The notes beneath the pieces were generated by a model that had not been told where the DNA came from, did not search any database, and saw nothing but the letters and a program-made list of their open reading frames with translations. This document shows, piece after piece, positions 36,860 through 47,544 of a stretch of 64,000 nucleotides of DNA (within the stretch, counting starts at the first letter, position 1; each line of letters begins with the position of its first letter). The position numbers and the translations under genes were made by a program. The stretch covers positions 258,571 to 322,570 of IMG/VR virus record IMGVR_UViG_3300010224_000001; one strand, given 5' to 3'. The stretch comes from a virus.

Positions 36860-36888
36860 GGAATATAAGTCTAAATCCGTTTAGAACC
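36860..36888 (-). promoter_or_regulatory. putative early promoter, GGTTCTAAA...AGACTTATATTCC
   Basis: Third copy of the motif, just after the late-block terminator. Confidence 0.55.
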
Positions 36889-36904
36889 ATATTGAACAGA
36901 CGTC

Positions 36905-36950
36905 ATAAAAACTCCCCCTCTAGAACCCGAAAGTTCTAGAGGGATGAGTC
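36905..36950 (-). terminator. terminator ending the fibre block
   Basis: CCCTCTAGAAC/GTTCTAGAGGG stem followed by TTTTT. Confidence 0.8.
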
Positions 36951-36962
36951 GCTACTTAGTTA

Positions 36963-39900
36963 TTAAGAACCAGTTGGCAGAGTGATCTTAGCTGTCAGTG
37001 TCAGAATCTTCAGCAGATTACTCGTTACAGCAGGAGCAGTCAGACTATTCGCAGTACCTACAGCACGTACCTGGAAGTTACCCGACATGTTCTTGATTTG
37101 CACAAACCAACGCGTACCAACAATGTTGGCCGTATACGGTCCAAGCGACGTGCCCGACGGTAACGGATCGACGTACACCTTGATGCTGCAGTTCGCATCA
37201 CCTTGGGTGTCCACAGTGCCAGCGACACTCAGGGTGGTGTTATCGAACTTGCACTTCTCGATCGTCACAACCGGAGCATTACCGACGGTAGGCGAGGATT
37301 CACCTGCCACAATCGATGCCGAAATGCCGAGGATACTGATTGCTTCACCGCCAGTTTGACTGCGGTTGTAGCCACCTGAATTACTCAGTGTGATGATCGG
37401 CGCACCATAGTTACCTGGCGGTACGTTATCCCACTCCACCGAGAACCCACCATCCGTCAACGTCACGGCAGTGGGGCCCTGTTGAGCAGCACCGTTAGGA
37501 TTGCTAGCGGCAGCAGGTAGAATTGCCGTACCGCTGGTCGGAACATACACCGTCGTGCCGCTAATGATAATGCGTTGGGCGTTGATATCCTGCCCCGTCA
37601 CTGTCACTTTCGGCAGCGTATTGACGTAAGTACCTTGCACTGCACCGGCGTCAGGCGAACCACCACGAGCGCGACCATACATGTCAATCGTGTCGATAGC
37701 GTCGGTGGAAGCTGCAGCAATCAGCGGACCCGCGTCATCCGGACGTAAGTCAGATGTTACATCACGGACCAGATTACCAGTCAGCACCGTAACACCCGTA
37801 AGTGCAGCCAACGGTGCAGCATCCGCGTAGTTACTGGTGACCTTACCGGCGCCCATACCCGATGCGTTACGAATCAGCTCGTTACCACCAAAGCCCAAGA
37901 ACACGTTATTACGCACGATGTCTTGGTTAAGCGTGTTGTTACCATTGCTGCAGTTGATGGCTGCGCCAGTGGCGCTACCGCGACGAACGAACGTGTTACG
38001 CAAGATCGTCAGCGTGCCGTTGCCGCCGAGTACATCACCCGTAGTGCCGTCTGCCAGGATAAACAGGTTGTCGGTGATCGTACCTTTACAGGCGAATTCA
38101 CCGACAATCAAACCAATGACACCACCAGTCGTCGCGATTTTGATACGATTGCGACGAATGACAGGATTGGTACCAGTTGCGGAGCCAATACCAGATTCTG
38201 CCAGAGACGCAGCACCGTTGACGTTGATACGGAAGTTCTGAACGATCGCACCATAACCGATACGCCAGCCACCAGTCACAGTCAGTTCAATACCTTCTGT
38301 TCCGTAATCACACGGATAGCCGCTATCGAGGGTGTTAGCATCCATCCCTGGGACAGGCTGCAGCGTTACCGTGTAAAGACTACCACCATTCACTGCATTC
38401 AAGTCAGCAATGGACGACACACTCTGACTCTCATACACTTCACCCAACAGCGACATACCGTTAGCCGTCAAGTCAAACCCGCGAGCGTAAGTGCAGAAGT
38501 CTTTGACGGTAGCGAAGTCTTTACCCGTACCGATCGACTTCACTTGCAGCGTCGAGGTTGACGGAGTCGGTACAGCCACGATCGGTGCTTTGATGGTGTA
38601 TTGTGCCGAAGCATTTTGCAGACTACCGTTGTTAGTCAACAAAATAGTCTTGGTGCCCGCGCTAGTACCCACGTAACTGAAGGTTGCACTTTGGGTATTA
38701 GCATTGAGTGTCACGAAGGGTGGATTGAAACTACCATCCGCGCCATCGCTAGGAACAACCGTAATCGTGCCCGACACCATACCGTCGGTGGCCACCGTAA
38801 AGTTCGGGCTTAAAACACCAGCACGACCGAGTCCCGTCGGAGCCGTCAGCAGTAATTTAGTAGCAGGTACTGCCGACAGATACGTCACTGCAGCCGGATT
38901 GCCCAGGCTAGCGTTATTGGCGACACTGATCGAGATGTTACCCGTCACAACCGGCGTATAAGTGAACGTTGCCGAAGGGGTGTTCGACGACAGATTCACC
39001 GATGCCGGTGTAAACGTACCACCCTTACCGCCGTCGCTCGGCGTCACCGTCACAGCAGCAGACGAACCATTGATAGTTACGCTAAAGTTCGAAGACGCTT
39101 GGTTGACGTAACCCTGCGCCGGACCACTCAGCAGCACAGCCGTTGCCGGTTCTGGCAGCTCGTAGGCGCCGATATCCCACGTAGTCGGACGGATGTTGTT
39201 CAAGACGTCGGTCGAACCCAGCGTGCTGGACAGGTTAAAACCAACGTTGATCAGACCGCTACCCGATTTCAGACGGAAGTCGTTCGTTGTGCTGACAAAC
39301 TGATCTGCGTATACCAGACTCGTAACGTTGTGAGTAGCGTTTGTACCACCCGGCGCGCCGTATATACCGGCAGCACGATCAGTACCATTGTAGTCCGAAT
39401 TACTGAACGAGTTTTGGCTGACGTTATTACCTACAGGGAAACCAAAGATCGCGCAGTTCTTGGCGACGTTGGTGTTGTAGTTAAGCACGGCACCATCCGA
39501 GTAGGCTGAGGTAAACGTGGTGGGACGTACGATCGTGCAGCTTTCGATAGTACCGCCACTCAAGCTGACACCACCTGCGCGGCTGGTGCAGTTAACCACC
39601 ACCAAGCAGTTGTGCATCAATGCGCCACTGTTAATAACGTTTGCACCATAGGTGGGCGGTTCTGCCGTGGTCGTAATAAAGATACAGTTGCGGATCACAA
39701 TGCCTGTTCCGCTAGCCACGACACCGTAACACCAGTTGGTAGTCGTCATCAACTGAAGACCGTCAATCACTGTATACGGGACAGTGACGTTAATGACCGT
39801 ACTACCACCACTGGTTAAAGCCAGCTTGATACCTACACCGTATGCTTGGTTATACCACAGCGGATTTGTAGCGCGAGTCGCGTGATCACGGAACGAATGG

Positions 39901-40124
39901 CCAGCAGCACAACGAATTGTGATGTTGTGCGTTACGTCCGTAGTCTTACCAGTAATGTTGATTTTACCGGTTGTAACGTTAGTGATCTCTGAATCATTAT
40001 ACACTTCACCCACGTATGCGTTGCCAGCAGCAACGAGGTCAGTAGGAATCGAATCGATAAATGCTTGGATGGTCGCGTAATCTCGACCAGCTCCACTACC
40101 GATACTCTTAATGATGGTTGCCAT
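36963..40124 (-). CDS. large virion tailspike-like protein with two beta-helix domains and Ig-like domains
   Basis: Duplicated SIG.G.D(Y/F)AT...F start, G/N/T-rich beta-helix pattern, D.R...D.GA ends; tandem SNF.V repeats. Confidence 0.65.
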   Translation of the reverse strand: MATIIKSIGSGAGRDYATIQAFIDSIPTDLVAAGNAYVGEVYNDSEITNVTTGKINITGKTTDVTHNITIRCAAGHSFRDHATRATNPLWYNQAYGVGIKLALTSGGSTVINVTVPYTVIDGLQLMTTTNWCYGVVASGTGIVIRNCIFITTTAEPPTYGANVINSGALMHNCLVVVNCTSRAGGVSLSGGTIESCTIVRPTTFTSAYSDGAVLNYNTNVAKNCAIFGFPVGNNVSQNSFSNSDYNGTDRAAGIYGAPGGTNATHNVTSLVYADQFVSTTNDFRLKSGSGLINVGFNLSSTLGSTDVLNNIRPTTWDIGAYELPEPATAVLLSGPAQGYVNQASSNFSVTINGSSAAVTVTPSDGGKGGTFTPASVNLSSNTPSATFTYTPVVTGNISISVANNASLGNPAAVTYLSAVPATKLLLTAPTGLGRAGVLSPNFTVATDGMVSGTITVVPSDGADGSFNPPFVTLNANTQSATFSYVGTSAGTKTILLTNNGSLQNASAQYTIKAPIVAVPTPSTSTLQVKSIGTGKDFATVKDFCTYARGFDLTANGMSLLGEVYESQSVSSIADLNAVNGGSLYTVTLQPVPGMDANTLDSGYPCDYGTEGIELTVTGGWRIGYGAIVQNFRINVNGAASLAESGIGSATGTNPVIRRNRIKIATTGGVIGLIVGEFACKGTITDNLFILADGTTGDVLGGNGTLTILRNTFVRRGSATGAAINCSNGNNTLNQDIVRNNVFLGFGGNELIRNASGMGAGKVTSNYADAAPLAALTGVTVLTGNLVRDVTSDLRPDDAGPLIAAASTDAIDTIDMYGRARGGSPDAGAVQGTYVNTLPKVTVTGQDINAQRIIISGTTVYVPTSGTAILPAAASNPNGAAQQGPTAVTLTDGGFSVEWDNVPPGNYGAPIITLSNSGGYNRSQTGGEAISILGISASIVAGESSPTVGNAPVVTIEKCKFDNTTLSVAGTVDTQGDANCSIKVYVDPLPSGTSLGPYTANIVGTRWFVQIKNMSGNFQVRAVGTANSLTAPAVTSNLLKILTLTAKITLPTGS

Positions 40125-40140
40125 CTTTAATTATCCTTCT

Positions 40141-42888
40141 TTAGAAAGGGCCGAGGGTGCTCGGAGCCTTATAAACACCATGCGGCGGATAGTAGTACGG
40201 CAGATCGTTACCGCCTTGGCTTGCAGGAGTACTAATAGCATTAATCTTGGCTTCAAACGCATCCAGCCAACCTTGTGCTTTAGCACACACAGCAGTGACT
40301 ATCGACGTAGTGCCGTCCATTGGCGACGGAATCTCCGGGAAATAATCACGGCGAACGAATGCCCATTGCAGACGCAGACCATTGGTGGCACCCATACTGC
40401 CGATCACGGGGTTACCGTTGACGTCAGTCATGATACCTTCTTGACCAACAGGCGGGTTCTTTGCTACCCATTCAATCCAGTCAGCATACATCGGCGGATC
40501 CGGTTGGTTATTGGTAGCATCGAGAGCTACTGAACCGCTTGTGGGAACGCGATCAGAGTAAACAAAGTTGGCTTCGTAACGACCGTTGGTGTAATACAAC
40601 GACATCAGGCTGTCCTTGTCCATGCAATCCACGAGGAAACGCAGTGCAACGTCGCACTTATTCGAACGAGCACGCATAGCTGCCCAGCAGCCAGTTTGAC
40701 GCATCAGCGACAGCACGCCATTGAAGTAACCTGCCTTACTATCGGTCCAACCACGCAGCCATTTCAGACCAGCCATACCGTTGGCACTGTTACCGTATTC
40801 AATCGTGGTATACTGACCGAAACGACGAATACCCATCATGGTCGGATCTGTACTTTGATTAATAATCGCAGGCACGTAAACGTTATCGTAAACGGATTCC
40901 AATTCACGTTGGAAACGTTGCTCAATCGTTTCACGATCAATACTCATCACCGACGTCGATGCGATCTTCCACGCAACGGCCAGCTGAAGCATACGCCATG
41001 CATGCACACGCGACATGAAGGTCGTACCAACCGTCGATTCAGGATGCGCGCTACCAAGCTGGGCGGCCACGTGCGCATACAGTCGCAGCATGCCACTGAC
41101 AGCATGAGCCGGGCTATTGCAGAAGATTGCAGCCATACCTGGACTCACGTAGGAGTGGTTGTCATCCAGTGCCCAGTAATTCCAGAAACCAGGGTGGCCG
41201 TCACGGGTAGGTGTCGGACGCGTGCCGCCGTTCTGGAGACCGCGCAGGTCAATTGTACGGTTCATCGGCATGAACGGACCCTGACCGTAGTACGCATTCA
41301 TGAAACTGATAGTGCCGTCGCGCGCGAACTCTTTTGGTAAGAGTTTAAACGTTTTGACGTCCGGAAGCATCATGTGGTGACCGTGATGGAAATATCCAGC
41401 ATTGTAGCAGTCAAGCATGGTGCGATGAGGTACATTCCCTTTTAAACGATGACCGGTCGGGTCGCTGAAGTAACGCACCAGCGGTGTATTGAGCGGAGTA
41501 CGATCATGGCGCGGACCCCCTGGACCGGCGAACCAGTCATGCAACGAAATCGAACCAGGTTCGACATTCCAACCAGAGATACGGCTAGTATGGCCTTCAT
41601 AACCGTGATAGGTCTTCGTGTTGAACAGATATGGATCTTCGAAAGTATCCAACGCATCTGCTGCATCCAGCGTAGCTTGTGAATCAGTCGATGTATCGGT
41701 AAACCAAATACCCCATTCTGGTGCCGCGTAGAACTGCAGGGTCGAGTTCCATTGGTCAGCATTAAGCTCAAGCGGAATACTAGCGTTGGACGACACACCG
41801 TTCTTCGCCAGCGACGGACGCAACGATTGCGAAGTTACACCAGGGAAGTATTTCGAAGCATTAGAACTGTATTTCAGACGATCGCTCTGCCAGAACAACC
41901 ATTGACCACAATGCAGGTGCGGACGCAGTGGTGTAGTAACACCGCGACCCCAACGCTGAGCGAGGGTTTTGTCGTTGATCGCGAGACCGTCGCGCATCTC
42001 AAACGTCTTCAAGATAGTACCGTTAGCATCGCGCACGATAATCTTGAACGGGTCGGAGTGAGTGCGATCACGATCGGGACGGAATGTATCAGCCATCGGA
42101 TAAGACGGCCAGGTTCCGTAAGGTTTGTGAGCGATAACGATCTGATGCACCGGCGTGCCGGGATTGTCAAGATTGAGCGAACCCTGGATGGTGAACATCG
42201 TCACACCAAATTCGAACTGACCGTAGATGATCGATTCCGAACTCTGCGTCACACGAATGTCGCCCATCTCCGTTGCCATCTCGGTATCTTGGTACACGAA
42301 GTCTGGTGCTCGAGTATCCAACGAGATCCGCTTCACCATGAAATGATTCGAGGGGTTAACCCAGTTTTCCAATTCAATAGTTGCAGGCGTGCCGGTTGCA
42401 GGCAATGAAGTCACCGCAACGCTACCTACACCAGACGGCAAACCACGCGGCGCTGCAATCTGAATATTACTAAAGGCGATACCAGTTTTAGCGGTAGGCG
42501 ATTGCGGCACTTTGAAGTCGGCCGAACTATTGGGCAGGCCCAGCGTACCTTCCATCCAGTGCGTTGCGCCTTCAATACGCAGCACGCTTGCGCCGGAACT
42601 GAGGTCAGCTTGCGATTGGATCGTAGAGTTAATCACGTTACCGAACTTCACAATCGAACCAGCATTGGTGACTGGAGCGCCCACGATCGATGCATTATAA
42701 AACTCGGCACCGGAAGTGAATACCGTGGTGGACGACGAATCAGCACTGCGTTTGCAACGGATTTTCAAACCAGAACCCAACGCTGCAACCAGCTTATTAC
42801 ACCAATCCAGTTTACTCGTGGCGGTCGCCAAGGTAGCTTGTAAATCCGAATCAAAATTAAGCATGTTTTTTTCCCTAGTTAAACCCAT
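40141..42888 (-). CDS. large fibre-associated protein, possibly a carbohydrate-active enzyme
   Basis: 915 aa; N-terminal domain homologous to the C-terminus of 42920..46417; aromatic/His-rich C-terminal part. Confidence 0.55.
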   Translation of the reverse strand: MGLTREKNMLNFDSDLQATLATATSKLDWCNKLVAALGSGLKIRCKRSADSSSTTVFTSGAEFYNASIVGAPVTNAGSIVKFGNVINSTIQSQADLSSGASVLRIEGATHWMEGTLGLPNSSADFKVPQSPTAKTGIAFSNIQIAAPRGLPSGVGSVAVTSLPATGTPATIELENWVNPSNHFMVKRISLDTRAPDFVYQDTEMATEMGDIRVTQSSESIIYGQFEFGVTMFTIQGSLNLDNPGTPVHQIVIAHKPYGTWPSYPMADTFRPDRDRTHSDPFKIIVRDANGTILKTFEMRDGLAINDKTLAQRWGRGVTTPLRPHLHCGQWLFWQSDRLKYSSNASKYFPGVTSQSLRPSLAKNGVSSNASIPLELNADQWNSTLQFYAAPEWGIWFTDTSTDSQATLDAADALDTFEDPYLFNTKTYHGYEGHTSRISGWNVEPGSISLHDWFAGPGGPRHDRTPLNTPLVRYFSDPTGHRLKGNVPHRTMLDCYNAGYFHHGHHMMLPDVKTFKLLPKEFARDGTISFMNAYYGQGPFMPMNRTIDLRGLQNGGTRPTPTRDGHPGFWNYWALDDNHSYVSPGMAAIFCNSPAHAVSGMLRLYAHVAAQLGSAHPESTVGTTFMSRVHAWRMLQLAVAWKIASTSVMSIDRETIEQRFQRELESVYDNVYVPAIINQSTDPTMMGIRRFGQYTTIEYGNSANGMAGLKWLRGWTDSKAGYFNGVLSLMRQTGCWAAMRARSNKCDVALRFLVDCMDKDSLMSLYYTNGRYEANFVYSDRVPTSGSVALDATNNQPDPPMYADWIEWVAKNPPVGQEGIMTDVNGNPVIGSMGATNGLRLQWAFVRRDYFPEIPSPMDGTTSIVTAVCAKAQGWLDAFEAKINAISTPASQGGNDLPYYYPPHGVYKAPSTLGPF

Positions 42889-42919
42889 GGGGTAGAAATT
42901 ACCCCATGGGAGATATGAA

Positions 42920-45900
42920 TCAGGTCAAACCATCAACCGAACGCGGAACAATCATCGAGAAGCTTACGCTCATGCCAGTGCCAGGAGCAGGGTTATCACT
43001 GATCTCGATCATTTTACCCGAGCCAGTAGGACCAACGCTACCCATAATCACACGGTCATTGCTGTTACCGCCGTGCAGTTCAAAGTGCCATGTGCCAGAC
43101 GTGATATCTGCTGTAACCAACGGATCCGTCAATTCAGGAGTCGGTGTCGATACCGATACATTGGTACCATCATCCGTCACCGTCATCAGCGACGTGAACG
43201 GGAAGCTAACCACCAACGTAGTTTCCTGATAAATGTCCAGATGGTAGGACGTGCTGATACCGTTAGCAATCGCATTTGCACCAGCGGCGCGCTTCGAACC
43301 TACCGGCGCATTAGCAATAGCGCTGTTGTATTCAGTCGTAGTGGCGCTGTCCATCGAGAACGGATAATCCGTCGGCGGTGGTAACACGTTCACCGTAATC
43401 TGAATCGTCGCACTGGTAGTTTGGTTACCTGCAGCGTCGTAAGCAATGGCATGGAAGTTGATCGTGCCGTTATCCGCCGAAGTAAACGAAACCGTATCAG
43501 TAAACGGCGACGTGTTGACCGTGCTGATCAACGCTGTTTCTCGGTAGAACTCTACGTATGTTACACCGATATTGTCAGTAGCGTTTGCCGTCAGTGTGAC
43601 GTTGCCGTTATCTGAAACAGTCGATGCAGACGACGTTAAGGTTACAACCGGAGGTGTTGTATCAGGCCCAGTGTTTTCCGGACGGACCGACGGAGTAGCA
43701 GTTGAACCCGTAGGCGGGAATGCTGTCAGCGTCGGATCAGGACCATTAACAATAACAGGTTGCTGGTCATCTGGCAACGTGCCGTTACCAGCGGTGGTGT
43801 TATAGGTACCACGTTTCGGAATCACACCGCGGATCGATTGATCCCAACCTTCTGGACCGATTGGACCACCAGTGTAATACAACTCAAACGGTGTCGCCAT
43901 GATGCAGCGCGACGGTCCAATGAACACGCAGTCCACGAACTTAACGGGAACTGAAGCGTTTTCTTGGATGATGTACGTTTCGCTGAAGTTCGGACCTTGG
44001 TCGTTCTCCAGCAGACAGTTACGGAAAATGTATTCCTGCGGCGTATTACTAGCACCCTCTTGACCAATACCGATCAAGTTACCCTGGGTCGTACCCGCAA
44101 CCTTAATGAAGTAGCTGTTCACGGCGTGAATCACACCACCGTTAGGAACGTCCAGTTCTCGCGCTTCCATCGCACCTTTGTGGTAGGTACGATCCAGTAC
44201 TAAGTAAGAAGCACGTGTCTTGAAATCGTGACCGTGTTGCGAGTTGGTGAACCTCGAACGCAGCACGTAAGTGCGGTGGCCGTGACCGAGATAGATGTTG
44301 TGCGATTGACCGTCGTAACCAGAACCGTTCTTATCGAAGTTACAATCCACGATTTCCATCGTGTAGCCGTTACCAACTGCAGCCAGGTTGGCAGAACTCG
44401 GTGCCGAGGTCAGCACGCCATCTTGACATTGCGTGATGGTTAAGCGTTCCAGGCGCAGGTGGCGAGTATCCGGGTTATTACGGATAGCAGCACCACTCAA
44501 ATCGGAATCGGCTGCACCCGTTAAGGCCAGGTCACGAATCGTTACAGTACCAGCTTCTGGGTCAAGAATAGCCTTGGAGAATGCCAGGTGAACCGTACTA
44601 TCGACTTTCAGGGTTGGCACACCCGTAACTGCCGGATCGCCCGCAACAGTGAAATTCACATCGTTCAGGAAGTAACCGGTACATTCCGACATCTGACCCG
44701 AACGGGTAATGTAAATTGTTTGTCCGTCTTGGACAGCGCTGGCAGCTAACTGAACAGAATCGTACGGAGTAGAACCAATCCGCGCAATGGACGTGATGGT
44801 GTAACCATTAACATATTCGCAGAAGAAGAAGCCGGTACTCGAATAGGTTGCACGCAGCAAGTCGATCGCCGAACCAGACGTCGAAGGCACAGGCGCAACG
44901 TTATTGGAGAACTTGTATTTCTTATCCAGCGTGACTTTGTGATTACCCGACTGATTTTGCATCAGGGCGATCAAATAGGTCTGACCGGACACCGGATTAA
45001 CAATCAGCGGAATCGCCAGGTCGGAGGTAAGGGTGATCGTAAATACGCCACCTAAGCTACCGTCGAGCGAGGTCGGCGTGATGGTCGAAGAATCTGCAAA
45101 GATGATTTCGGCAGCAGTGATGCCGCCGCCGCCCGTTCCAGCCGTACCAGGATCACCTTTCTCACCTTTCAGGCTATTGATAAAATCAATAGCGGTGCCA
45201 TTGAAACCATTGTCAACAGCGACTTGGTAGGCGCTCTTACCTGCCGGACCAGGACCACCTGGATTGCCTGGTGCGCCTTGAAGACTAGTCAGCCAATCTT
45301 GTTCAGTACCAGTAAAGCCGTTGTCAAGTGCAATCTGATAAGCCGAACGACCAGCTGCACCCGGAATACCTAAGAAGGGACCGCCGTCAAACCAACCACT
45401 ATCACCTTTGATCCAGACGTCACCATTCACCACATAGGCGCTACCAACCGGATCATCAGCCGGTAAAGAAGCAGAGTCAGCCAGCTGACCTTTAATGATG
45501 ATACTTGTACCATCTTGACCTTTGAGAGTACCCAGCCAATCTTGCAACGTGCCTTGATAGCCAGCGTTTGCAACTGCTAATTCATAAGCAGATTTACCGT
45601 CCGCACCATCATTACCAGGAGTACCTTTCAGGCTAACGACCCAGTCTTGTTCGGAACCAGTGAAACCGGAGCTAAGTGCCGATTGGTAAGCGCTCTTACC
45701 AGCGACGCCAGGATCACCTTTACCGCCGTGCAGACTGGTGATCCATTCCGTCACAGTGCCGGTAAAGCCAGTGTCTTGAGCCAGCTCGTATGCGCTGCGG
45801 CCGTCATTCCCTTTAGCACCAACTAACGAAGTCAGCCAGTTCTGCAGACTGCCAGTGTAGCCAGCTGCTTGCGCAACTTCATATGCACTCGAACCTCTAG

Positions 45901-46417
45901 GGCCCGTCAGGGAAGCAAGCCATTCATTTTGACCACCAGCAAAACCAGACGCTTGTGCAATTTCATAAGCGCTCTTGCCAGGTAAACCATCGTCACCCGG
46001 ATTACCTTGATCACCTTGCGGGCCAGCCGCACCGGTAAAGACAATGTTCCAGGAATCAAACGTTCCCGTACCTTTGATGGTAGCCGGACGAATGGTAAGG
46101 GTGGCGCCAACGTAGCTGACCACCGTACCAGTAATCGAGTTATCTACGTCATGTACTGCGACAACATGTTGACCGATCTGAAATGCCTTACCAGTCGTGA
46201 TTGAGAAAACTTTGTCGTTTGAATCAATCGTAACACTGGTCGTACTCGTGGCGGTTAAAGCACCCAACACGCGACCTAAGATGCCATTGACAACATTCGC
46301 TACAGTCGCAACAGGACCGCCGTCAGTAGTAACCGATTGCGACTGATCACCGTGCACAATTTGATGTAATAAACCAAAATCAGTTATGCCCTGATTGATG
46401 GTGTCATTAAGAGACAT
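42920..46417 (-). CDS. tail fibre with collagen-like/SAY repeats, a beta-helix and an Ig-like domain
   Basis: GxSAYxxA...GFxG...WLxSL repeats with G-X-Y linkers; HNIY...H.FKTRA beta-helix; DTTPP...ATDN.GV..VEFY Ig-like domain. Confidence 0.8.
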   Translation of the reverse strand: MSLNDTINQGITDFGLLHQIVHGDQSQSVTTDGGPVATVANVVNGILGRVLGALTATSTTSVTIDSNDKVFSITTGKAFQIGQHVVAVHDVDNSITGTVVSYVGATLTIRPATIKGTGTFDSWNIVFTGAAGPQGDQGNPGDDGLPGKSAYEIAQASGFAGGQNEWLASLTGPRGSSAYEVAQAAGYTGSLQNWLTSLVGAKGNDGRSAYELAQDTGFTGTVTEWITSLHGGKGDPGVAGKSAYQSALSSGFTGSEQDWVVSLKGTPGNDGADGKSAYELAVANAGYQGTLQDWLGTLKGQDGTSIIIKGQLADSASLPADDPVGSAYVVNGDVWIKGDSGWFDGGPFLGIPGAAGRSAYQIALDNGFTGTEQDWLTSLQGAPGNPGGPGPAGKSAYQVAVDNGFNGTAIDFINSLKGEKGDPGTAGTGGGGITAAEIIFADSSTITPTSLDGSLGGVFTITLTSDLAIPLIVNPVSGQTYLIALMQNQSGNHKVTLDKKYKFSNNVAPVPSTSGSAIDLLRATYSSTGFFFCEYVNGYTITSIARIGSTPYDSVQLAASAVQDGQTIYITRSGQMSECTGYFLNDVNFTVAGDPAVTGVPTLKVDSTVHLAFSKAILDPEAGTVTIRDLALTGAADSDLSGAAIRNNPDTRHLRLERLTITQCQDGVLTSAPSSANLAAVGNGYTMEIVDCNFDKNGSGYDGQSHNIYLGHGHRTYVLRSRFTNSQHGHDFKTRASYLVLDRTYHKGAMEARELDVPNGGVIHAVNSYFIKVAGTTQGNLIGIGQEGASNTPQEYIFRNCLLENDQGPNFSETYIIQENASVPVKFVDCVFIGPSRCIMATPFELYYTGGPIGPEGWDQSIRGVIPKRGTYNTTAGNGTLPDDQQPVIVNGPDPTLTAFPPTGSTATPSVRPENTGPDTTPPVVTLTSSASTVSDNGNVTLTANATDNIGVTYVEFYRETALISTVNTSPFTDTVSFTSADNGTINFHAIAYDAAGNQTTSATIQITVNVLPPPTDYPFSMDSATTTEYNSAIANAPVGSKRAAGANAIANGISTSYHLDIYQETTLVVSFPFTSLMTVTDDGTNVSVSTPTPELTDPLVTADITSGTWHFELHGGNSNDRVIMGSVGPTGSGKMIEISDNPAPGTGMSVSFSMIVPRSVDGLT

Positions 46418-46439
46418 GTGGACTCCTTGAAAACTCTAT

Positions 46440-46946
46440 TTAAGTTAAATAACCATCTGCAGGAAGTGTTACATTAATCAGCGTGTGTAAAGCATCGAAA
46501 CCTGCCGGAACACCAAACACATATTCCGCATCAACTTGACCCAGCCATTTAATTGCAGTCGGTTTAGCGATTAATGTAACGCTACCAATCGCACCTACTT
46601 CAAGTACAGGAATTGTGAAAGGTTCGAATTCTCCTTCCAGCAATTTCACTTGCTTATTTGAACTAATTGTATCTAAAAACTGTTCGTTGGTAAGAGGCGT
46701 GTCAGTGATAATACCAATGAAACCTAAACGCGTTAATGCTAACCGATTGTAAAACACATCCTTCGTATTTTCGTACGGAGAGTCGACATTACCGGTCACA
46801 GTAACTTTGGTATTCCTGCCCGCGTAATCAACAACTGAAGGATCCGATAATGTCACGTCAGCCAACGTCAGCGTACTGCCGTTATCTTGATTGATAAGAT
46901 CGATCAGTTGCTGTTGAGGATTTGTTAACACGGTGTAATCAGCCAT
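46440..46946 (-). CDS. phiKZ-like virion structural/fibre adaptor protein
   Basis: LIN..N...RNT.V....Y......YNR.L family, shared with 53106 and 53746. Confidence 0.7.
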   Translation of the reverse strand: MADYTVLTNPQQQLIDLINQDNGSTLTLADVTLSDPSVVDYAGRNTKVTVTGNVDSPYENTKDVFYNRLALTRLGFIGIITDTPLTNEQFLDTISSNKQVKLLEGEFEPFTIPVLEVGAIGSVTLIAKPTAIKWLGQVDAEYVFGVPAGFDALHTLINVTLPADGYLT

Positions 46947-47028
46947 GATAATCCTATCTGGGTAGAAGCGTAAAAATAGTTAACCATACGATAAGTTGTA
47001 AGTAAATACTTACTTTAACAGATCATAC

Positions 47029-47066
47029 AACAAAGACTAGGTGGACTATACCGCCTAGTCTTTGTT
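47029..47066 (-). terminator. hairpin terminator
   Basis: AACAAAGACTAGG/CCTAGTCTTTGTT inverted repeat. Confidence 0.75.
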
Positions 47067-47070
47067 ATGG

Positions 47071-47544
47071 TTAGTTTTTAATCAATGAGGGTGATGCGAA
47101 CTGCAGTTTTAACACAGGTTGTTCAACTGCAAACTTCAAAGCAGCATGCAATGTGCCCGGATCAAATCTCCAGGAATTGCTAAGACCTAAAGCGGCACCT
47201 ACAGCTTCGGAGCAGAACCATTTATTCTTGTCATCACCGACTACACTCAGAACAAAGTGTATATTACCAAGAACGTCGTATTTCTGACCTTCATGATCAC
47301 GGAACCATTGCAAAGCAGCGGTTTCATCGAAACGACCTTCTAGATCAATGATGTCCCAATTCTTCGGATCGTATTCGATAACTTTCATACGAACACCACC
47401 GTCAACAAATGAAGACGATGCCGAGATACCATTGTCGAAGATCAGTTCACAATGTGAATAAATGGATTTAGTAATGATGCGAACACCATGACTATAAATC
47501 CCAGATAAACCAGGATGAATTGATTTATAAAAAGCGACTTTCAC
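47071..47544 (-). CDS. permuted papain-like NlpC/P60 (YiiX-like) protein
   Basis: YSHCEL, KYD.LG, KWFCSE, with the His preceding the Cys. Confidence 0.8.
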   Translation of the reverse strand: MKVAFYKSIHPGLSGIYSHGVRIITKSIYSHCELIFDNGISASSSFVDGGVRMKVIEYDPKNWDIIDLEGRFDETAALQWFRDHEGQKYDVLGNIHFVLSVVGDDKNKWFCSEAVGAALGLSNSWRFDPGTLHAALKFAVEQPVLKLQFASPSLIKN

